64,000 bases of DNA, from assembly GCF_006345805.1 (NCBI RefSeq), contig NC_043000.1, forward strand, positions 130,200,001 through 130,264,000, given 5' to 3'. Position numbers and translations under genes: made by a program. Below, piece by piece: positions 55,798 through 64,000 of the stretch (its first letter is position 1; every line of letters starts with the position of its first letter). This DNA comes from Octopus sinensis. Its lineage: Eukaryota. The notes beneath the pieces are model-generated. The model searched no databases, had not been told where the DNA came from, and was given only the letters and a program-made list of their open reading frames with translations.

Positions 55798-55979
55798 TTC
55801 CGGGCCAATAGTGTGATGATAGATAACATCTCAAGAGACACTGTTAATTGTTGCAGCATAGATAACCGTTAAAAAAAGCATATGTCTATCTGCAGAATCA
55901 CCAGCACAAAAATAGTTGTATGCACACACGAGTAAAATTATGATCAAATTCTCGTACAAATAAATAATTGTAATAATAA

Positions 55980-56400
55980 TGGTTTCAAATTTTGCCACTA
56001 GAGAAGCTTGGGGACGAGATTAAATCGATTACATAGACAGCAGTGTTTCACTAGTATTTAATTCATAGACCCTGAAAGGATGAAAGGCAAAGTCGACCTC
56101 GGCGGAATTTGAACTCGGAACGAAGCGGCAGACGAAATGCCGCTAAGCATTTCGCCTAACGATTCTGCCAGCTTGCCGCCTTGATAATTATAGTAATAAT
56201 ACTTTCTACTGGAGGCACAAGGCATTGGATTTTGGGGGAGGGGACTAGTCGATTATATCGACCCCAGTGTTTCACTGGTACTTAATTTATCGACTCTGAA
56301 AGGACGAAAGACAAAGTCGACCTCGGCTGAATTTGAACTCAGAACGTAGCGACGAGTGAAATATCGCTAAGCATTTCGACCTACACGCTAACGATTCTGA
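55980..56400 (-). mobile_element. Two tandem Nin-domain SINEs
   Basis: Copies at ~55980-56182 and ~56200-56400, with AAT-rich spacers. Confidence 0.85.
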
Positions 56401-56697
56401 ATTATTACCCACAAGGGGTACAATAAAGGACAATACAAACATGTGTGTAGATGAAAGATGTAATGATGACGCTGGGCTCCACATCCGGGCCCCATCATTT
56501 TACTTTTGATTCCTTTTTTTAAAAAATTGGAAGCGTTAATATTAAAGTCTGATGTTTAATTTTCGTTATTTTTTTATTACCTGTTAACAGGCGTTCATCG
56601 AAATCTTTAAGACAAATACAACACGTACAGGCAATGCACAACGAGAAACAACATAAAATTCGAGGAACTAAAAATTAAAATAGGCATTTGAGAAAAG

Positions 56698-57529
56698 GGA
56701 TCTTTTCCTTTTCAACGGCACATGTCAACACAATTTCTAGTTAACTAAACACTTTTAAACTTCGTATACTGGTAGAATGTGTTTATAAAACATCATTTTT
56801 TTCTTGGCTTTATTGAGAAAATTCTATAGTTTGTAAGATATTTCGAGCATTTCGGCAATTTTAACTAATCGCTGACCTCCATTTGGGGTGAAAACATTCC
56901 GTGCTGTATTAATACGTCCTTCACTTAAGAAACAGATTGGGTTTATTTGCATTTGCGAAGAAAAACAGATACCCATCTCCCACCCCTAACCCTAACCCTA
57001 AATCTAAAATGGATTGAAATACAATAGATCGATACTAGGGTTATAATTATGGGTGACATTTTCATTTGACACCGCTAGAAAAAAATCCCATTTTCCGTAG
57101 CAGTGTCGTATGAAATTGTCACCCATAATCATAATCCTAGTATCAATCTATTGCATTTCAATCTATTTTAGATTTAGGGTTAGGGGTGGGGGAAGGGTAT
57201 CTTTTTTTTCTTCTCAAATGTAAATAAACCCAATCTGTTTCTTAAACGAGGGATATATTCATACAGCACGGAATATTTTCACCCCAAATGGAGGTCAGCG
57301 ATTGGTTAAAATTGCCGAAATGCTTGAAATTAAAGTGGAAATATGTCACAACATATTTCCACTTTAATTTCAAGCATTTAATTTCAATATGTTACAACAT
57401 ATTGAATTTTCTCAACAAAGCCAAGAAAAAATGATGTTTTATAAACATATTCTACCAGTATACGAAGTTTAAAAGTGTTTAGCTAACTAGAAATTGTGTT
57501 GAACAGTGCCGTTCAAAAGGGAAAGATCC
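56698..57529. mobile_element. 832-bp fold-back DNA element (arms ~385 bp) with internal telomere-like (CCCTAA)n
   Basis: Termini ggatcttttccttttcaacggcac / gtgccgttcaaaagggaaagatcc; the arms mirror each other to a centre near 57085. cccctaaccctaaccctaa at ~56983 is mirrored by ttagggttagggg at ~57174. Confidence 0.92.
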
Positions 57530-57554
57530 AGCTCACTTTTAAACTCACTGGTGT

Positions 57555-57882
57555 TTGCGACTTCTGATCTTTTCTCTACTTCTTGTGTTTCAGGCAGCTC
57601 TATATCATTTATGTCCGGGGGCATTTGATAGGCATGGTGTATCGTGGAAAGATAAAAAACATAAATCATTTGCAGGAACGCATTACCAACTCATTTGCAC
57701 ACGTATCACCAGATGTCCTATTATGAGTTCACAATTAGTGGGTAAAAGTATTGCAATGTGTATTCAAAACAATGGCAGCTATATTGAGCCCATTAAATAA
57801 AAAAAAGAAACTGTTCTTATAAACTGTTTCTTATAAAAAGATAAATTTTTCCTATGTATGGCGACTTTTGAATCACCATGTA
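57555..57882 (+). pseudogene. Tc1/mariner-superfamily transposase C-terminus and right TIR
   Basis: GHLIGMVYRGKIKNINHLQERITNSFAHVSPDVL...IAMCIQNNGSYIEPIK* (cf. WGHLKAMVY...NHLKERITNAI...CIQNNGSHIE). It ends gacttttgaatcaccatg-TA. Confidence 0.8.
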
Positions 57883-58618
57883 GAAAAATATGCAGTGTAT
57901 ATATATATATATATATAGAACTACTACGAAATATTGTCACTAGGTCTTCAATGTTATGCTAAACTAAACAAAGCTTATATTTATATCCGGGTGGTCGTCC
58001 GTATAAAACCTCTGACAAAGAATTTTTTAGAACAAAAGAAGTCTAGCAAGGTCAAACACTTTTAGCGATTTGGAAAGATTTTGTGAATAGTAAAAATGTT
58101 TTAATAAAAATTCTTTGATATTTAATTGAGGAATGGTAACTGTTATAGTAACGGAAGAAGCCATAGTAAGGCGAATCAGTGCAAGTAGGAGTCAGTGTCT
58201 ATCGAACATTCAGTGATTTCTTGTTTGTAAAGAAGTGGTTTCAGGTATTTATACTTCCCATTTAATGTTTGCTTCGACTTTTTAAATGTTTCCACAGTGC
58301 AGCTTTGTTTTCTGAGTAGCCGAACCGTAAGAAGCTGTTGTACTGGTTCATACAGCGTTTCAGTTAATATGTCACAACAAGGTGGTCCAGGTGTTTTTTT
58401 GTAGTGACGTCTGCGCAATAAATGCCGAAGTTTTCATGATAAATCCTCGCAGAAAAAGAATTTCGTATTTAACAATAACAACTGTGTGTGTATGGCTGTG
58501 ATTCTCATCTATATGTAACTGGTTTATAGGATTGTAACAATTGGAGAATTTTAACTAGTTTTCAAACGGTCTAAATATAACCTGCTCGGTGAACGTTTTT
58601 GTAGATCTCCTGTGTACT

Positions 58619-59003
58619 GGATGGAAGCACTTCGTCGGTTACGACGACGAGGGTTCCGGTTGATCCGAATCAACGGAACAGCCTGCTCGTGAAATTAACG
58701 TGTAAGTGGCTGAGTACTCCACAGACACGTGCACCCATAACGTAGTTCTCGGGGATATTCAGCGTGACACAGAGAGTGATAAGGCCGGCCCTTTGAAATA
58801 CAGGTACAACAGAAACAGGAAGAAAGAGTGAGAGAAAGGTGTGGTGAAAGAGTACAGCAGGATTCACCACCATCCCCTGCCGGAGCCTCGTGGAGCTTTA
58901 GGTGTTTTCGCTCAATAAACACTCACAACGCCCGGTCTGGGAATCGAAACCGCGATCCTATGACCGCGAGTCCGCTGCCCTAACCACTGGGCGATTGCGC
59001 CTC
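58619..59003 (-). mobile_element. OR-like SINE, full length, with 12-bp TSD
   Basis: TSD ctcctgtgtact at 58607-58618 and 59004-59015; the tRNA-like head matches the copy at 59788. Confidence 0.92.
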
Positions 59004-59787
59004 CTCCTGTGTACTAATGACGTAAATAATTATGAAAATGCACTATTACCTTAACTCCAAGAATTTTGCATGAATGAACATCGAGACCTGTACAGACTTC
59101 CCACACTCTCTTTCTCCCTCTTTTCAACCCCCGCCATTTCGCATGCCAATTCAATGAGCTAGTCATTCGGGAGTCAAAATCGACAGGATAACTCTCTCTC
59201 TCTCTCTCACACACACACACAAACACAGAGAAAGAGAGAAAGCTCCATAAATTCTTGTTAATAGATTGCTTACTTCATGTCTAGATGAATAATATATTCT
59301 TTAGACCCGCGCGTTTTCCTGAGAACAGTTCATTAATGTAATTATTTGTATATAGGAAAAAAAATTAATCCAATTTGTTTCTATTTAGACATTAGAATAG
59401 TAACGAGTAATTTCCTTTTATTTATACATTAAGAGCAATTGTCATGAAATAGCTAAATTAACTATTAAACAAATATTTCAATACAATTAAAAGAAATACA
59501 ACGGCAGGTAAGCTAGAAGAGGAAATTGGAGGAGGTGTTAATGTAAAAATGAAAGAATAATGCTAGGTGTGCGAAAAGTTCTGGCTCTAAGGGCATACGC
59601 ACTTATATCCACGCAAGCACACATATTATTTATCTTATTTTATTTTATTGCAGTTGTTATTATTATAGAGAGCAAAGGAAATAAGTTATTTTCACATCTC
59701 AAACGTCATACAGGCGTGATGTCCAATGATGCCAAAACGTATATTTAAAAAAAAAATTATAAATGATTGACTATGTGGAGCTTAGGT

Positions 59788-60105
59788 GGAGGCGCAATGG
59801 CCCAGTGGTTAGGGCAGCGGACTCGCGGTCAGAGGATCGCGGTTTCGATTCCCAGACCGGGCGTTGTATGTGTTTATTGAGCGAAAACACTTAAAAGCCC
59901 CACGAGGCTCCGGTAGTGGGGGGGGGCGACCCCTATTGTACCCTTTCACCCCAACTTTCTCTCACTATTTCTTCATGTTTCTTGAGTAACGCTGCGATGG
60001 ACTGGCGTCCCGTCCAGAAGGGGGAAACACATACGCCACAGAAACCGGGAAACCGGGCCCATGAGCCTGACTAGGCTTGAAAAGGACGCATAAATAAATA
60101 AAAAT
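59788..60105 (+). mobile_element. OR-like SINE, full length, alternative 3' tail
   Basis: ggaggcgcaatggcccagtggttagggcagcggactcgcgg...gtttcgattccc head, tail gctgcgatggactggcgtcccgtccag...(taaa)n, and an imperfect TSD atgtggagcttag/atgtggatcttaag. Confidence 0.92.
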
Positions 60106-63100
60106 AATGTGGATCTTAAGCTGTCTTAAACAAAAAATGCATGGATTTGAAGGGTGTTTGTCTTATCAAGACATGAAGCATAGAGTACTACATGAATTAT
60201 CGAATATTGGTGCGTGTGTCTATATAATGTGTGTGGCGGGAGCGATAGCCAAATCAAGTATGGATATTTGAGAACATAGTTATGCACATATATTCGCATT
60301 CATGCGCAATAACTGCAAAACTTCAAATATAAAGTTTCACAGGCGTTAAACACAAACACATACACAAAGCTGGTCTTATGGGACTTGGATTCATTTCTTC
60401 CTTTGGGTAACAACAATTCTCAGTAGATAAACATTCTTTGTCCTTTACGCTTTGTCAGATATTGGAACATATACATTACATTGCCTTTTAGGGTGATGTC
60501 GATTCACCAACACAGCAACCGTTTCTGATATTAAAAATAATAAAAAGTTTTCTCTTATTCTTATACTCGGATCGAAAACTATATATTGTTTTATCGATAT
60601 TTTGTCTATATAATTTATCACTTGTTTTTCTTTCAGTTTATTTCAAGGCTAATAACTGATGTCTCTGCTCTGCGTAACAATACTGTGGAAATTGATACTC
60701 TCTCTCTCTCTGTACTCTCTTAACCACTCTTGACCCAAAAGCGATCCTATGGAAATCGTTAGGGTTTCTCGACCGTATTCTTTTGTTCGAAGAAAGCAGG
60801 AAGGCACCAGTGTCGTTGAATTCAAAGAAAATCCAGTATTTGATCGGTGTAGTATTTTATCGACCTAGGAAGAATGAAATCGAAATTTTAGCGCATTTAT
60901 CTTCGGGTGGATCTGAACTCAGAACTTTAACGCCCTGAAAATATTTCGCATGATACTTATTTGTCAGATGCGCTAAACTTTCTGGCAAGCCACCCTCAGC
61001 GGATGTAGGATATTGCTCATGGAGTTCGTGTAATGGTTCGATATCTCTGCTTCCGATGTATGGCTTCTGATTTGAGAATTTTTGTTTTGTGTGTGTGTTT
61101 TATTATTTATTCCTCCTGCATTTCAAGAATACCTTTTCTTATTTCACATCTAAACTTCTCTTGTTGCAATTCAAGTGAACATGATGTTAAGTATTGCAGA
61201 ACATATAACTTAATACATTCCACGTGTGGAAACATAGTTTTTGTTGAAAGGAAATGCTGGACTGAAAACATTCAATTTGAAGAGAACATTTGATAGGCAA
61301 GCTGTGTATCGCGATTTAATTAAATCTGCGAATTCTGTCAGTTTCAATGTCACGAGAAATCACGTTCTTGTTTTGACTTCATATGATAAATGTTGTATAT
61401 TTGTAATAAAAAAAATAGGTGCGAAAATTATGTAAATCACAATAAAGGACATGAAACAAATTTTATATTCAAATGAACACCTTCACAGTTGGAGTTAATA
61501 TCTTTTTCAATACATAGTTTTCTATATACTGAAATACATTGTCCTCCAAAGGAAATACAGTTATATCAGTATAGAAAATACTGTTATATAATATATAGAA
61601 ATACTATACTGTTATATTATACAGAGGACATACTTTTATACTATACACGTTTAGAATAGTACAAAGCACCATCATTGCTCAATCGATGACCATAGACCTA
61701 GCACATTTCGCCTGCCTAGGATGTGGGGACCAAGTGATGAGGTGAAGAACATTCAGCCTGTATCAATGACCGTTCGTCAAATTATGATGCATTTAACAAA
61801 CTGTCGCTACCAAAACGCTATCTGTTCGGTGGTACATTTTTTTCATTCTTTCTGTCCTTATTTTTTTTCTGTTTATCTTACTTCTTCCCTTTCTTCTTAT
61901 AGACAATGCATTATCTCACACCGCCACTACCTTCAGACATCCCTAAAGAGATAGGCTTCTTTCGAAGGCATTTTCTCGGACTGTCCTGTGCAACTCTTTT
62001 GAAGGTGGAAGGATTGTTTGAGGAAGATTTGAGTTAGTTTTCTTGCAGCTTGAGTGACCATGTAGAGGTTCCTTCGTTGCATTCAGTTTAGTATTGCTAG
62101 TAGCAAAGATTTCTAAGACAGGAACAAGACCATATATTTTTGGAGGGGGTTGTTAAGTCCACACTATCAACTCAGTACCTGACTTTACTTATCTAATCGA
62201 CTCCAGGTAACATTTTATTGCTTAATCAGACAGGAAAGGCAGTATGCCCGACATTTCCCAGGGCCTCTGAGAGGAGTTGACGGGAGAAAGGAAATCATTC
62301 TCAAATTAGCGATCTGGTTCAAACGCTAAAGACCTTTTTGAATGTCTTCAGTATTTGGGCCACGTTGCTAGGTAAGTATACCATCTAAATAGACCGCAAG
62401 TGGTTTTTTAAAGGACAACACCAAGATTTACAACAAATACCGTAAGCTATGAAATCCGATTTTCTAAAAGGCTCTACCAGTCTAAAAGGCAAAGATATTT
62501 TTGTGGTGAATTAGCAGAGTCGTGAGAACGCTGGACGAAAAGGCTTGCCTATTACAACGCCCTAAAACCTCTTCCGCTTCTCCATAAGATGGCGAACTGG
62601 CAAGACTTTAGAGCTTTGAAAGAAGAACGTAAAAATATGTAACTAAACAATGATCATGTTTTATCTTGTGTTCTATTGATCACTGATTCTATCACTCATT
62701 AAGACAATAAACATTTCTTCATAAGTTACACAAAGTTAATTGTTGATTTAGATCTCAGCATGTGACTGGCACATAATTTATCGGGATCGAAAGGATGAAA
62801 GGTAAAGTCTATCTAAGAGTGAACTCTGGAATCAGATTGCAAAAAGGCAGAGCTAAAATACTACAAGATAATCCGTCAATGCACTGCCTAGTTGATTTTC
62901 TTTACTTTCTCGGTTCAAGTTCCACCAAAACTGACCTTGCTTTCATCCTTGTGGCGAGGACAAAAAACTACCACTAAGTTATAGACATTAATCTAATCGA
63001 CTCTAACCTCTCACTAAACAAAAATGCGACCTATTTTGTGTATTGTGCATTGCAGTAGGCAATGAAACGGAAGAACCGATGGAGCATCAAAGAAAAGGCC

Positions 63101-64000
63101 TTGATAATAGTTTTAACGTTTTACTTTGCCATCTTCAGTGTTCTAGTCAGTTTCCATAAAGAGTGGTACACAATGTAACAGACATCGCGCGCTCAGCGTT
63201 GGCCAATCTGCGTTCGTCAATGAATGCTATTCGTAGTACGTCGATAGATACATTAATATCGCATTTGTTAAGATTATTATATCCGTAATAAAAGCAGAAA
63301 AAAGAAACAGCACAACTATGGGTCAGACCCTGCATTGTGTTTTGTACGACTTTATGCCAATTGATCATATGGGCTTTTCTCTAGGTGTGGCCTTTGAACG
63401 ATTCAGATGTGTTCTGTTGTGGGTTTAGAACTTTCTAGGATGTGATTGTTTTTAGAGCCAAAATGTTTTCTAGTCCTGAAGCAAAAGATTAATGTTTGAG
63501 AATTGGTTATTTAAGATATGTATTCATCAGAGGAGATCCTAAGTGAAAAGGGTTTCGCATTTGAAGTGATCACAAGAGCTCAAGTATGCTACTCATTCAA
63601 TGGGATTACGATGCAGTTATTGGTTTCCTTTTTATATAGTTTTGTGCTGAAGAAAGAAGTAAATTTGGCGCGTTTACATTGGAAAATGCCTTTCAGGTCT
63701 CTCTTCGTGGAATCTGTAAAGCTTGATGCGAGGGTCAATATGGAATCACAGCAGAACCATGAGGAACCCCAAAGTTGACAAAGTGTGGGGCTGAGTGAGA
63801 CCTATCAGTACATGTCATGATAGAGCTATTCCATAAGAAGCCACTGATGCAAAAGATGAGAGGCTCATCAAAAAGCTATATATGATGTATCCAATTGGCG
63901 AACTATAATCCCTCATTTATGTGACCCAGCCGATGTTGATCAAGTCCAAGCTTATGCTCTTTTAGATGTAATCTAAATAACAATAACACATATATGGTAC

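Noticed and set aside
56983-57001. Telomeric repeat or chromosome-fusion signature
   Set aside because: Only about 3 units, mirrored as part of a fold-back element.
58020-58420. Possible piggyBac or other transposase remnant, and an 80-aa minus-strand ORF
   Set aside because: Only vague motif resemblance (SVSIEHSV); not supportable.
59788-59860. tRNA-Arg-like sequence (also at 17197 and 58930-59003)
   Set aside because: It is a SINE head continuous with body, tail and TSD, not a tRNA gene.
63147-63368. 73-aa ORF with a CpG/CCAAT patch
   Set aside because: No domain, splice signals or codon bias that I can support.

Overview
AT-rich eukaryotic DNA that is intronic or intergenic, with no intact protein-coding gene that I can support. 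The SINE families and microsatellite style point to an octopod cephalopod (Octopus sp.); this is recognition from memory, not a database result. The window is dominated by (TA)n/(CA)n/(TACA)n/(AAT)n microsatellites, including a ~3.7 kb tract at 39.99-43.66 kb. It also holds three families of tRNA-derived SINEs (OK-like, OR-like and Nin-domain), degenerate LINE remnants (CR1/L2-type RT, L1/Tx1-type RT, R4/Dong 3' end), degenerate Tc1/mariner/pogo transposases, several MITEs and fold-back palindromes, and non-autonomous Helitrons. Nearly all ORFs in the track are microsatellite or repeat artefacts. The most notable structure is a pair of modular Helitrons that share the same 5' and 3' modules but bracket different DNA-transposon fragments (mariner versus a piggyBac end). 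Other points of interest are same-strand SINE arrays spaced by (AAT)n next to a Dong remnant, two (TA)n-bounded near-perfect tandem duplications, several long hairpins and a few weak candidate exons. I found no convincing evidence of a new enzymatic system.
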